Shown here: one piece after another, positions 42,607 to 53,549 of the stretch
Position numbering within the stretch: position 1 is the first letter of the stretch
Layout of the letters: the number at the start of each line of letters is the position of its first letter
Source: a virus
Direction: 5' to 3' (one strand)
DNA: 64,000 bases
IMG/VR virus record: IMGVR_UViG_3300021963_000029
Coordinates: 64,001 to 128,000 of that record
The notes under the pieces: generated by a model
The model's database searches: none
What the model saw: only the letters and a program-made list of their open reading frames with translations
Told to the model about the DNA's origin: nothing
Program-made: the position numbers and the translations under genes

Positions 42607-45600
42607 TTAACCTCCTCCTAGGGCAATGATGAGCGGAGTTACTTCAGATTGAAGACTCTTACTGAATGCTGTTCCACTGATAGTACCAGTGTTTTGATTG
42701 ATTGTAATACCTTCACTAATTCTGAAGTTACCTCCTTGGTCTGTGCTGGTGAAAGGAACTCTTCCTCCTGCAGTGGTTACAATTTGATTTTCATCAATTG
42801 GAACTGCAGCCTTAGAGGGGATTGCATTCACAATGTCTGTACCTGTTCCTATATATTCAAATGTAATACCAGAAGCAATAATCTTACTTGCTTGGAAGAA
42901 GTTGACTGTTGCTCCTGCAGATACAGGATAAGTAATAAATTGATCAAAGGTTACTGTTGTAATGCCAGTAGGATCTACTGGAGTTGCTGCAACTACATTG
43001 AAGAATAAGTTCTCCATAACTGCAGTAGCAGTTGCAGTTGTTCCTACACCAGGACCAACAACAGGAGGAGGAGCAATTGTTACAGTTGGTGGGGCTAAGT
43101 AACCAGTTCCAGAAACAAGAATAGAAATGCTTCCAATGGTGCCATCTGGATTGACATCATCTTCAAAAATAGTGATTTCTGCTGGAATTGCATCATCACC
43201 CAATTCAGGAAGTCCAATTTGAACTTCTACAGGAGCACCAACTTCATATCCAAATCCTGGGTTGTCAATTCTTAATGAGTTGACAGTAAAGTACTGAGTT
43301 CCAATAAATGATACCTGACCATCATAAGGTCTTTGACCTCTTGGAAGTTGTCTTGCGGGAAGAGATCCAGTGCCAAGTCCAATAACACTAGTTACAATAC
43401 CAGCACTTGCTGTAATGATTCCAATGACAGCAGGACTATATCCATTTTTATTGACATCTTTGTACTGTGGAATGCTATTGATTCCACTCTGATATGATTT
43501 TGGAAGATTTAGGTTTTGGATAACATAAGTAGAGATTCCTGCCAGATATTGAATTGATTTAATCTCACCAGTTGCAACATATCCAGTGGTAAATCCTGTT
43601 GGTAGAGGAGTTGAGTCTCCTAAGTATGTGACACTGTAATCTGCAGCATCTCTATATGCTAATGCTGAATCAATAGCATTAATGTTTCCTTGTTGGATAA
43701 GATCAAGGGCAAAAGTCTCAACAAGAATTTTAGTATCTCTCTTACACTTATCTCTTCCTCCTCTTACCCCACCATAATCAAATGTTGTTCCTAGAGCACC
43801 ATAAGGTCCATCTGTACTGGTAACAAATCCAACAACTTCATTTGCTAAGAAATCAGCATTTGCTCTAAGAAGATCAATTGCATCATCATATGCTTGAGTT
43901 CTACCTGCTCCAACATTAAGAACTAGAGTATCAACATTATCACCTGTTGGGGTTACTGTAACAATACCAACATATTGGAGTGGAGTGGTTCCATTTGCCC
44001 ACAGACCATAGTTACCAAAGGAAGCATTACTGTTGTTCATGTCACAAACACCACCAGTGTCATTGTAAACAGCAATGTCACAGCAAATTGTGAATAATGA
44101 AACTAACTGAGCATATCCAAAGTTGGTAATTGAAACGCCAATACCACCTTGGTTGTATTGAGTATAGGCATCAAGAACCATGGACTTAAATCCACCAGCT
44201 CTGTTACCATCAATTCTCATTCCTACACTATTTGGAACAAAGTTTGTGCAGTTCTGAACATAAGGTGACTGCCAGTTTTGCTCTGTTCCATCTGCATATC
44301 CTAATCCTCTTGTTGGGAATGAGACCATTGCATGTGGGTTAGCAGGTCCTACAAATGATTGTTGTGCAATATAACAACCTCTTCTTACATGGTATAAGTC
44401 AGTTAATGCTCTAGTTGATACTAGAGTTCTTCTTAAATCTTCTCCAACAACAGCAACTCTTTCTGGAACTTGAATAGGACCATCTTCAACATATAGACCA
44501 GCAAAGATTTTAACTGTGTCTCCTGGTTGAGCTACTGAACATGCCTTCTTAATTGTTAAGAATGCTCCACCTGGGGTATCACCAACATTACTATCATTTC
44601 CATACTTAGCAACAAACCATTCATTACCTACTTTAGCTCCTGGTGGTTGCCAAGTTAATTCTCCAATTGGATTATTAATTTTTGGACCAGCCAATGGTCC
44701 ATCCTGAATAATTGTGGTAACAATACCAACACAAGAATGAATGGCAGAGTAAACATTTGCACATGCATTTGGATTAGTGTTGCTATCACCATCAGGAAGA
44801 AGTTCAGTATCAAAGAGTTGAGCAATACTTGCAATGCCAGTAATTGTTCTAGAAGCAGGAAGAGTGTCAGATCCAATAGCATTTGTGATAATTAAGAAGA
44901 ATGTTGCAATTGCTGATGCTTGGTCTGCACAATCTCCAGCAGTATAAACACCAGCAAGACCTGACTGATCCCCAATTACAGTGTTATCAATGTACTGAGT
45001 TTCTGCACTATACCCACTAATAGTAATTGCTTCATTACGCATGGCTTGGATTGCCATGTCTCTTGCTTGGTTAAAAGCAAATATAGATTCTGTTTCTTCC
45101 CCAGCAAGATAAGCATTGTTTACATAAATTTCTGCTGCATCATAAACTCTATCATTGCCACCAAATTCTAAGTTGAAACAAATTGCATCTAATACATCTT
45201 TGATATCATCAATGCATTCTTGGTTGCCACCAGGAACTGCAAATCCAGAGAAGTTGGCAAGCATTCTACCAACTGCAACTTCAGCAATTAGAGTTTTGTT
45301 TGCTCTAATTAGTCTAGCAGCATCAGCATAAGAACCATTTAATGGAGGAGTTTGATAAGACTTTGGAAGTCTTGAGTTATTAATTACATATCTTGCAAGG
45401 GTTGAAATGCTACTGAATCCAACAAGAGTTGCTTGCTTAACATATCCAGTGCTAAATCCAGTTGGGATAACAGCAGAATCATCAAGATATTGGAGAGTTA
45501 CCCCACTGTAATATGAAAGACCTGCACCTACAGACTTAGAGTTCCCTCCTTTAGAAATATCAAATGCAATAGCATCAATGATAAGACCAATATCTCTTCT

Positions 45601-47079
45601 ACACTTAGTTCTTCCAGTTGCTACCCCAACTTTACCATAATCAAAGTATGGACCATAATATCCAAAGGGACCATCAGTACTAGTAATAAATCCTACAATT
45701 TCATTAGCAATAAATTCTTTATTCCTTACCAGCATATTTGCTGCATCAAGGAATCTACCAGGAATATTATACTTAGATGAGAGGACTGAATATGCAAAAC
45801 CTACATTATTGTCTCCATCAACAACTTCTCCTCTAATTCTAATATCACCATCTACATCTAAAGTTCTAGTTGCAGTGTCTGTTCCAATACTAACTAAAGG
45901 TTCAATTGCTTTCTTAAAATCAGTACCAAAAGTTCCATATACATTTTCTGTGGTAAATCTAGTGGCTGTTAATATAGTTCCACCAACACCAACATCCAAA
46001 TTTCCAGTTGTTGTAATTCCATTAACTAAAAGGTTATCAATTACTGAAGTTACTACTCTTTCTGAAGTTATTGTTGCTATACCAATAGTAGCAATACCAG
46101 CATAAAGTCCAGTAATTGTTGCAAATCCAATATCTGCTCTGTATGCAGTTACTATGCCAATCCAGGCATCAGTTACTGTAGCAAATCCAATAGTTGCTAT
46201 ACCAGCAGTAAGACTGCTGATAGTTGCAATACCAACAGTAGTAATCCCTAAATTTGACTCAGTAATCGTTGCATACCCAACAATAGCAGTATCAATTCCA
46301 GCAGTACCAATAGTTGCAATGCCAATTGTTGAAAATCCTACACGCTCTGCAGTAATAGTTGCGAATCCAACAGTAGCAAACCCAATAACTGATGTAGTAA
46401 TTCCAGCAAACTCAATAGTTGCTATTCCTACTCTGGCAATTCCAATATCCGAATACTGAACTGTAGAAAATCCTACTAATTCTGTTGCAATTGATGCAAC
46501 ACCTACAGTACCAACCCCAATATCTGCAGTTAAAAGATTTGCAAATTCTACAGTAGATACTCCTACTATTTCATTTGCTACTGTAGCAAAACCAACAGTA
46601 GAAATTCCTACAGTCTCAAATGCTATTTGAGCTACCCCAATAGTTGCCAACCCAGTTACAGTGGCAGTCCTCATTGAGGTAAATCCAGATATTCTAGCAT
46701 TTTGAAGAATATCTAAATTATATTCAGGTACAGTTGAACCAATACCTACAGAACCTAGACCAGTAATTACTACTGATTCTGGAGCAAATACATTAACTTT
46801 AAATTTATTATCTCCAGGATCTTCATCAATACCAATTCCTTCAGTTACATATACTTTTCCATCAACATCAAGTTCAAATGCAGGATCTGCTACATTAACA
46901 CCTAGTCTATCTCCAACTTTTAATACTGTATCTACTGCCGCATCACCTAAAATATCTAATGTATAATCTGCTGAAGTTTTACCTATTGCAACTCTTTTAG
47001 TTGTAGCATCAGCAAACAGTGCTTGTGTTCCTACACCAAGACCAGTTCTGACTACAAAATAGTTCTCTTGTGATGGCAT
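42607..47079 (-). CDS. Giant virion structural protein (1490 aa) with pentapeptide repeats
   Basis: GIATI/GFATV repeats; repeated DAA..N..FIA.E.VG modules; ends LIIALGG. Confidence 0.8.
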   Translation of the reverse strand: MPSQENYFVVRTGLGVGTQALFADATTKRVAIGKTSADYTLDILGDAAVDTVLKVGDRLGVNVADPAFELDVDGKVYVTEGIGIDEDPGDNKFKVNVFAPESVVITGLGSVGIGSTVPEYNLDILQNARISGFTSMRTATVTGLATIGVAQIAFETVGISTVGFATVANEIVGVSTVEFANLLTADIGVGTVGVASIATELVGFSTVQYSDIGIARVGIATIEFAGITTSVIGFATVGFATITAERVGFSTIGIATIGTAGIDTAIVGYATITESNLGITTVGIATISSLTAGIATIGFATVTDAWIGIVTAYRADIGFATITGLYAGIATIGIATITSERVVTSVIDNLLVNGITTTGNLDVGVGGTILTATRFTTENVYGTFGTDFKKAIEPLVSIGTDTATRTLDVDGDIRIRGEVVDGDNNVGFAYSVLSSKYNIPGRFLDAANMLVRNKEFIANEIVGFITSTDGPFGYYGPYFDYGKVGVATGRTKCRRDIGLIIDAIAFDISKGGNSKSVGAGLSYYSGVTLQYLDDSAVIPTGFSTGYVKQATLVGFSSISTLARYVINNSRLPKSYQTPPLNGSYADAARLIRANKTLIAEVAVGRMLANFSGFAVPGGNQECIDDIKDVLDAICFNLEFGGNDRVYDAAEIYVNNAYLAGEETESIFAFNQARDMAIQAMRNEAITISGYSAETQYIDNTVIGDQSGLAGVYTAGDCADQASAIATFFLIITNAIGSDTLPASRTITGIASIAQLFDTELLPDGDSNTNPNACANVYSAIHSCVGIVTTIIQDGPLAGPKINNPIGELTWQPPGAKVGNEWFVAKYGNDSNVGDTPGGAFLTIKKACSVAQPGDTVKIFAGLYVEDGPIQVPERVAVVGEDLRRTLVSTRALTDLYHVRRGCYIAQQSFVGPANPHAMVSFPTRGLGYADGTEQNWQSPYVQNCTNFVPNSVGMRIDGNRAGGFKSMVLDAYTQYNQGGIGVSITNFGYAQLVSLFTICCDIAVYNDTGGVCDMNNSNASFGNYGLWANGTTPLQYVGIVTVTPTGDNVDTLVLNVGAGRTQAYDDAIDLLRANADFLANEVVGFVTSTDGPYGALGTTFDYGGVRGGRDKCKRDTKILVETFALDLIQQGNINAIDSALAYRDAADYSVTYLGDSTPLPTGFTTGYVATGEIKSIQYLAGISTYVIQNLNLPKSYQSGINSIPQYKDVNKNGYSPAVIGIITASAGIVTSVIGLGTGSLPARQLPRGQRPYDGQVSFIGTQYFTVNSLRIDNPGFGYEVGAPVEVQIGLPELGDDAIPAEITIFEDDVNPDGTIGSISILVSGTGYLAPPTVTIAPPPVVGPGVGTTATATAVMENLFFNVVAATPVDPTGITTVTFDQFITYPVSAGATVNFFQASKIIASGITFEYIGTGTDIVNAIPSKAAVPIDENQIVTTAGGRVPFTSTDQGGNFRISEGITINQNTGTISGTAFSKSLQSEVTPLIIALGGG

Positions 47080-47105
47080 TGGGTTCCACTATCCCCCTTT
47101 TGATT

Positions 47106-47112
47106 TATTTAT
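47106..47112 (-). promoter_or_regulatory. Late promoter ATAAATA
   Basis: 27 nt upstream of ATG 47079; further copies at 27803, 38823 and CTAAATA at 29574, 63555. Confidence 0.6.
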
Positions 47113-47119
47113 AAAAAAA

Positions 47120-50100
47120 TCAAGAAGTCCTTTGAATAAAGGCTAATGCATAGTATGGAGGTAGATTTTGATCAGTTCCAGATGAACCTGTAGAATTTAC
47201 AGTTGGACTTGTATATGTTGGACTTCCACTTGATGAACTGAATGAAGCCCCAGTGAGAGCATTTGCACCACCAGATGATCTTCCAGCTTCAGATGTGTTA
47301 ACACTACCACTAGTTAAGAAAGTTCCAGTGACACTTCCACCAGATAAAGTATGCGTATGAGTGACAACTATTGCATCCTTAGTTCCACCTGATTTGGTAT
47401 TTACTCCTGTAATTGTGGTTCTACTATCTCCAGCAGAATCTTGGAATGCTCCAATGATAAATTTGTTTCTTAAATCTGGAGTTCCATTGGAACCATTACA
47501 CAAAGACCAACCAGTAGGAATTGTGGCAATAGAACCAGACCACATAATAATTCCACCAAGAGGAATTGAACCATATCCATTAATTGTGGATGGAGCACTA
47601 ACTGTCAAGTTGCCAGTGATATTAGTGCTGCCAGTTACTCCTAGATTATCAGTAATATTAACAGTTCCACCAGAAGAATTTAAATATAAGTTATTAGCAA
47701 CAGTGTCAATTGTTGTTGCTGAGGTTAAACCAACAGTTACATTGTCAATTCTAGCATCATTGCCTACAATTAAATCATCACCAATTCCAACACCACCAAC
47801 GACAACTACTGCTGCTAAACTAGTAGTAGTGGCAGGTTGATTATTTTCAAATGTAGTGATGCCTACAACATTAGCATCACCTTCCACTGTAAATCCCTGA
47901 ACAGTTACATTTGCTGTAGATGCATCTATGATATCATTTACAGTTAAATTGTTAACCTCTAAGGAATCTACTGTAGCTTCTTCACCTTCATTTTCAATTG
48001 GTGCACCAAAATCTGTTTGATTTCCTGTTACAGCATCAAATTTAGTTTTGCCTATAAAGAATTCTCCATTGCTGTTCATTCCTGTATAAACAACAACACC
48101 ACCTTTACTGGTGAGAGATTGAGATGTAGAAATTTCAGAATCAGTAAGAATTCTATCTTGGTTTGAAGGCATACCAGTAGAATAATTTCCTGGTCCAAAT
48201 CCAACATATTCAAATGTATGACCAGATGCTCTAATAATAGAATTTCTTCTTAGTTCAATTGGGAGAGCAGAAACTTTTTTAATTGAGGAACCTGAAGAAT
48301 GAGTTTCTATCTTAGTTGAGAAAATTCCTCTCTTAACATAAATTTCACCACCAGAAACTTTAGTGACAAGCATCATTTCATTGTCTATTTGGATTATATC
48401 ACCCTTTTGTAATCCATAAAGACTTGAGATCAAGAAATTAATAGTAGATGTAGTTATTGCTTGTTGAACACTTGCTTTATAACCACCATAAAGAGCAAAA
48501 CATCTTGTAGATAGGTTTTCATTTTCAGAATTAGTATCTTTTGCAATAGCAGAGAATCCATAAGAGTAAACTCTGTTTGCTGCACCAGCATTTCCCTTTA
48601 CTGTAAATGAAGTTATTCCAAGGACATTGTTCACTGTACAAATTCCAATAGAACCAGATCCAATCTGATCATCAAAAATTACTTTATTGCCAACTGCAAA
48701 TGAATGTGGTTGTTGAGTAATTATAGTTGTATTTCCTGAAATATTATTATAAACTGCCCCATCTGGAACAGTTTGAAGTTGATATGCAGGTCCTCCCCAA
48801 GTAATTACCCCTTGTTCTGGAGTTTCTGGTACACAACTATTATTATATACTGTTACAGTGTTTTTTGTTAGGCTCTTAATAATAAAAGTTCCATTATTAC
48901 CTTCATTTGCACACCCTAAGATTTGAATGGTATCAGAATCAGAAGAACTTGTATTAATTGATGCTACAACAACAGTTGCAGTATTTGAAGATCCTGGAAT
49001 TCCTCTAACTGTTAATGTGTCTCCTACAGTATACCCAGATCCAAAATTAGAAACCTCTACAGCAGTTACTGCATTTCCAGAAACAGTTACTGAGCAAGTT
49101 GCATCTGCTCCAGTTCCTCCACAAAGAGGAATGTCATAGTAAGTTCCATTTAAGAAGGCACTTCCACCACTACTAATAGTTAATCTAGTAATCCCTCCAA
49201 ATCCATGATCTCTTGATGTTGTGATTGTACAAATTCCAACACCAATTACATTATCTTGATATGTAGTTATTCCTGTAATTGATTTTGCTAGATTAAAATC
49301 TTTTAAGAAATATGCAACTGATTCTTTAGTAGTGCTCTTTTTAGTATCATTTAAATCAACTCTTCCAATTTCTTGTCTAGATGCTTTTGATATTGTTGCA
49401 TCTGGATCTGCAATAGGATTATCAAAATCTAAAGATGGATAAAGTCGTTCTATATTTTGAGATAATCTATAGTCACTGGTATTGAATGGTGATACTGATG
49501 GAGTATTTTTGAATGCATTTAAAGTAATATGATAAACACCATCTGAAATACCTTCTTGATATTGTGAAATAGTATCTACGCTATAAACTTGATAATCATT
49601 AGATACATTTACGTGGGTAAAGTAAGGAAGGTTATTTCTGTTTGCATCATAGATTGTGTATGGGGGAACTCTGTAGTTAGAAGTTTGTGCACAGTCTCTA
49701 ACTGTTAACCAAGATGTTGCAGTTGAAACACCAACATTAATTGTACCAGGATCTCTGGTTATGGTATATGTAAATCTCAATTCATTAACAACAGATGCTA
49801 CCGCAAATTCTCCATTGTATCCAGTTCCAGTTCCTAATCCAACTGGATTTGGCTCTGCAGAACTCTTTAAATTATAAATCTTAATTGGATCTCCAACTTG
49901 AAGACCATGAGGTTTGCTAGTTACAATAGTAACAGTACCGGAACTATACCAAGCATCTATGATTGCACCTTTATTTCTAATAGAACTAAGTTGATTTCCT
50001 GATCCAGAAATTAAGTCAGTGCTTTGTGCTTGGAATAAAACAGTATCTAGAATATTAGATGGTTTTTGGATAACAAATCCTGAAGAAATATCAGATGCTT

Positions 50101-52444
50101 GTGATGCTTCTTTTGGTACAACTACTCTGAGTCTGTAAGTTTTATCTTTGGGAGCTCTACTGTCTAATTTTCTCTTGACATAGCAACTTGGAGCAGACAC
50201 ATTTGCCAGTTGAGCAAAGAAAGTTGATGCCCCAGAACTAGTAGAATTGACTCCAATATACCAGTTTTGATTGGTTGAATCCCACTGGATTGGATGTCCT
50301 ATGTCACCAACATTTTTATCAGATACTTTACTTACAAACTTTAAGTTAGATACTCCTACTCCAACTTGGTTTTTTATATCTACAACATTACTATCAGTTA
50401 AAGAATTTGCTAGGTTTTCATATAATTTTATCCCAGTTCCTCCAGTCAATCTAATATTATATAATTTGTCAAACTCAATTCCATCAGGAAGAACCCCAGT
50501 TTTTGATACTATCTTTCCAGTTATTCCTGTTGAAATTCCTGATATATTACCTCCAGTAGAACCCAATCCAACTAAGGTGACAATATTGGTAACAGTATCT
50601 ATTGATGCTACATCATATTCCACCCCATATGGATCTTTAATGTCTATATTGTATTCAATATTTGCAGCTTTAAAATATAAAACATCACTTCTAGCTGCAC
50701 CAACTACAAATCCTCTAGTGTCATTTCTTGGAGGATTTAGAAGATCATTAAACCCACTGAGATAAAGTTTTGTGTTTTGATTGGAAGGAGCTAAAGTTAG
50801 AGTTTTTACTGCATCAATTTTTTCATACCTAATAATATTATCTTTGTCTAAAAATTCTTTTGGTTGAATAATATGGGTTACATAGGCATGATTGTCTTTG
50901 GCAAGAACATCTTTCTTAAACCCACTTGAGAATAATGCAATTTGGCCAAAGTTAGAGTTGGAGTTTGTAATAGATTGGTCTCCACCATTTGTAGTTACAA
51001 ACTGTTTTGCGTATCCAATACCAAAGATAGAAACACATTGAATAAATGCATCATTTGATGCCTTAATGTGGAAAGTTTCCCAAGATGGTCTGTATCTTGC
51101 CCTAGATGATTGGTGTAAAAACTTATCTACACCAAAATTAGTTTGAAATTTATATGATCCTGAAACTTCATCATATTCCGTAAATGCTCTATCATCTTTT
51201 TGTAGAGAAATCCCAGTAAACTGGGCAGTAACCATAGACTTAAATCCTTTTGCCTTAGATCCATCGGCATGAAGACCATTCATACCATAGACAGATTTTA
51301 AGCTGCAGTTAAAGATATATGGAGATGCTGATGCTACAGTATCAGAGATAACTTTAACAACTGCTCCAGTAACACTAGGATTCAGAGTTTGACTTGGAAC
51401 TGATGGAAGTAAATATGTAAACTCTGTTGCACTAGTTACTTGTGCAACAATAAAGTTTCCATTGTATTCTAGTTCAGATACTGGACCTTCTGATTGAGCT
51501 AGTCCAGATACTAAAATAGGAGTAAATGGAGATAAATTGTGAGGAGATGCAGTTTGAACAGTAATAACTGCAGTACCATTGATTCCATCTCCAGAAACTG
51601 CAGATGTAATAATAATAGAACCAGATCCTAGTTCTCCTACAATTCTATTTTCATCTACGTTTGGTTGGAAATTAAGATAACCATCTATGACATTTCTTCC
51701 AGACTGAGCACCAAATCCAAGACTTAATTTATAGTAGTAGTTATCTAGGTCTGTATGAGTAGTATCTACATTACCATAGAAAATGTTATTAGTATCATCT
51801 ACATACTCAAATGCAGTGAGTTTATGGTGAGAATAACTTGGAACTACTGTATTTGAACTATAATTGCTATATGCTTTACCTAATGGATCTGCATCAAAAA
51901 CAGTAAATCCATAGATATAGCAAGCACCAGTTAATTTAAAAATAGCACAAGGATCAATATTATCATCTATCGGATCTGGAACAAATCTTGGTCTAATTTT
52001 GGTTTTTCTAAGATCAGTAGCAACAATAGATGTGCCTTTAGGTACTATGACCCCACCATCAGCACTGTTGTAAATATACAATACGTTTGAGGGATCAGTT
52101 AAATCAAAATTAGTGGAAATGTTAAATTCAGTAATAGTTCTAATAGCACCATTAACATCTCTCAGTACATTAGAACTATCTACAAAAAATCCTGGTCTGT
52201 TATCAATAAAGTGAGTGCCAGGAGAAATTAAAATGGTTGTTTGATCAAATAGGTCATTATTAGTTCCAGGAACATACGCAAATCTAGCTGCTTCAAGTAA
52301 TGCCCTTTGGATAGTTTTAAAAGGTCTTAGTCTTGAATTTCCTCTATTTTCAATTGAGTCTGATGCATCTAATTCATTAGGATCAACATATAATGTATTA
52401 CCATTCAAATTTTTCAAAAAGTTCTCTAGTCTCGCTAAAGGCAT
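47120..52444 (-). CDS. Giant tail fibre / structural protein (1774 aa) with C-terminal tail-collar domain
   Basis: MPLARLENFLKN...PFKTIQRAL; C-terminal IPLGGIIMWSG...PTGWSLCNG...TPDLRNKF. Confidence 0.82.
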   Translation of the reverse strand: MPLARLENFLKNLNGNTLYVDPNELDASDSIENRGNSRLRPFKTIQRALLEAARFAYVPGTNNDLFDQTTILISPGTHFIDNRPGFFVDSSNVLRDVNGAIRTITEFNISTNFDLTDPSNVLYIYNSADGGVIVPKGTSIVATDLRKTKIRPRFVPDPIDDNIDPCAIFKLTGACYIYGFTVFDADPLGKAYSNYSSNTVVPSYSHHKLTAFEYVDDTNNIFYGNVDTTHTDLDNYYYKLSLGFGAQSGRNVIDGYLNFQPNVDENRIVGELGSGSIIITSAVSGDGINGTAVITVQTASPHNLSPFTPILVSGLAQSEGPVSELEYNGNFIVAQVTSATEFTYLLPSVPSQTLNPSVTGAVVKVISDTVASASPYIFNCSLKSVYGMNGLHADGSKAKGFKSMVTAQFTGISLQKDDRAFTEYDEVSGSYKFQTNFGVDKFLHQSSRARYRPSWETFHIKASNDAFIQCVSIFGIGYAKQFVTTNGGDQSITNSNSNFGQIALFSSGFKKDVLAKDNHAYVTHIIQPKEFLDKDNIIRYEKIDAVKTLTLAPSNQNTKLYLSGFNDLLNPPRNDTRGFVVGAARSDVLYFKAANIEYNIDIKDPYGVEYDVASIDTVTNIVTLVGLGSTGGNISGISTGITGKIVSKTGVLPDGIEFDKLYNIRLTGGTGIKLYENLANSLTDSNVVDIKNQVGVGVSNLKFVSKVSDKNVGDIGHPIQWDSTNQNWYIGVNSTSSGASTFFAQLANVSAPSCYVKRKLDSRAPKDKTYRLRVVVPKEASQASDISSGFVIQKPSNILDTVLFQAQSTDLISGSGNQLSSIRNKGAIIDAWYSSGTVTIVTSKPHGLQVGDPIKIYNLKSSAEPNPVGLGTGTGYNGEFAVASVVNELRFTYTITRDPGTINVGVSTATSWLTVRDCAQTSNYRVPPYTIYDANRNNLPYFTHVNVSNDYQVYSVDTISQYQEGISDGVYHITLNAFKNTPSVSPFNTSDYRLSQNIERLYPSLDFDNPIADPDATISKASRQEIGRVDLNDTKKSTTKESVAYFLKDFNLAKSITGITTYQDNVIGVGICTITTSRDHGFGGITRLTISSGGSAFLNGTYYDIPLCGGTGADATCSVTVSGNAVTAVEVSNFGSGYTVGDTLTVRGIPGSSNTATVVVASINTSSSDSDTIQILGCANEGNNGTFIIKSLTKNTVTVYNNSCVPETPEQGVITWGGPAYQLQTVPDGAVYNNISGNTTIITQQPHSFAVGNKVIFDDQIGSGSIGICTVNNVLGITSFTVKGNAGAANRVYSYGFSAIAKDTNSENENLSTRCFALYGGYKASVQQAITTSTINFLISSLYGLQKGDIIQIDNEMMLVTKVSGGEIYVKRGIFSTKIETHSSGSSIKKVSALPIELRRNSIIRASGHTFEYVGFGPGNYSTGMPSNQDRILTDSEISTSQSLTSKGGVVVYTGMNSNGEFFIGKTKFDAVTGNQTDFGAPIENEGEEATVDSLEVNNLTVNDIIDASTANVTVQGFTVEGDANVVGITTFENNQPATTTSLAAVVVVGGVGIGDDLIVGNDARIDNVTVGLTSATTIDTVANNLYLNSSGGTVNITDNLGVTGSTNITGNLTVSAPSTINGYGSIPLGGIIMWSGSIATIPTGWSLCNGSNGTPDLRNKFIIGAFQDSAGDSRTTITGVNTKSGGTKDAIVVTHTHTLSGGSVTGTFLTSGSVNTSEAGRSSGGANALTGASFSSSSGSPTYTSPTVNSTGSSGTDQNLPPYYALAFIQRTS

Positions 52445-52475
52445 TAGAGTATCCTTGCTATATTTTCTTCTGTCT

Positions 52476-52491
52476 TATTTATCAATAAATA
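52476..52491. promoter_or_regulatory. Divergent pair of late promoters
   Basis: tatttat (52476-82) and ataaata (52485-91) between divergent genes. Confidence 0.7.
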
Positions 52492-52514
52492 CCATTACCA
52501 ATCTTTTGTAATTT

Positions 52515-53294
52515 ATGGCAATTAGCACTAGCACTGAGGCTTTGATATCTTTATACCAACAAAAAGTAGAGTCAGATACTGAACAAATTACGCAGGTAAC
52601 TTATACAGAAAATGGGTTTACTACTCAGTTAGCTAATGGAGATCAATTTAAACTATATGGAATTCAAGAAACTTTAGATTATTTTGATGCTCCCATAGAA
52701 AAATTAGATACAAGAATAATTGAATTAAACTCCCAAATTGTTGGTCTTCAAAATACAATAATCAATGTAGGGCAATCTGCAAATACTTGTGGATGTGGAG
52801 GTGCCATTGGATTTGGTAGCACAGGAGTTCCATTTTTTATAGGAGTTAATACAACCACTGTATATGCAGATACTTTAACTTATAGGGGTTATTCATATAC
52901 TTCACCAAATCCATTTTCTGCCATTAATGGAACTCTCTCCTCTGGAAATGTTGGAGTTGGTACTGAAGATTTAACAGGTCAATCTTCACTTGGTGTCTAT
53001 TATGGTGATGTTGGTGTTGCTAGAACAACTCTGCCAGTAGCATCTTGTCCAACAGTTACAAGTTGTTCTGGATATGCAACATCAATCACAAATCTTACAA
53101 CTCAGGTAACTTCTCTCCAAACTCAAAGAAATGACTTAATTGTTAAAGTCAATTATTTGAAGAAAGAAAGGTCTAGATTCCAAATTAGAAAATATGGGTT
53201 TGATAGGCAAAAAGAGGAATTGAATGCAGAGATTGCAACAAGCAATGCTATTCTAAGTTTCTTCCAAGACCCAGCAAATGAAGAATGGTTATAA
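52515..53294 (+). CDS. Hypothetical (probably virion) protein; the only clear plus-strand gene
   Basis: 259 aa; coiled-coil ends; GVG/GST-rich centre; own late promoter. Confidence 0.75.
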   Translation: MAISTSTEALISLYQQKVESDTEQITQVTYTENGFTTQLANGDQFKLYGIQETLDYFDAPIEKLDTRIIELNSQIVGLQNTIINVGQSANTCGCGGAIGFGSTGVPFFIGVNTTTVYADTLTYRGYSYTSPNPFSAINGTLSSGNVGVGTEDLTGQSSLGVYYGDVGVARTTLPVASCPTVTSCSGYATSITNLTTQVTSLQTQRNDLIVKVNYLKKERSRFQIRKYGFDRQKEELNAEIATSNAILSFFQDPANEEWL

Positions 53295-53364
53295 AAACCC
53301 TACAGGCAATTTTTTGCCAGAATTTTTTTCGCCCCTTTTTTGGAATTAAAGGTCAATTTTGAAA

Positions 53365-53448
53365 TAGGAGTGGGGAGACTTGAACTCCCACGACCTTAAG
53401 GTCAACAGATTTTAAGTCTGGTGTGTCTACCGATTCCACCACACTCCC
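53365..53448 (-). tRNA. trnL: tRNA-Leu(UAA)
   Basis: CCAGA-CTTAAAA-TCTGT; long variable arm. Confidence 0.9.
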
Positions 53449-53520
53449 AAGTGAGGACTTACCCAGCCTCAGGTTTCCCTTCACAGGCACGGTGCCTCTG
53501 CACTTCCTTCACACCTCAAC

Positions 53521-53549
53521 AGTATAGAACAAACACTCTATCCTGTCAA
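53521..53549 (-). promoter_or_regulatory. Sigma70 promoter for tRNA-Leu(UAA)
   Basis: TTGACA - 17 nt - TATACT. Confidence 0.7.
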
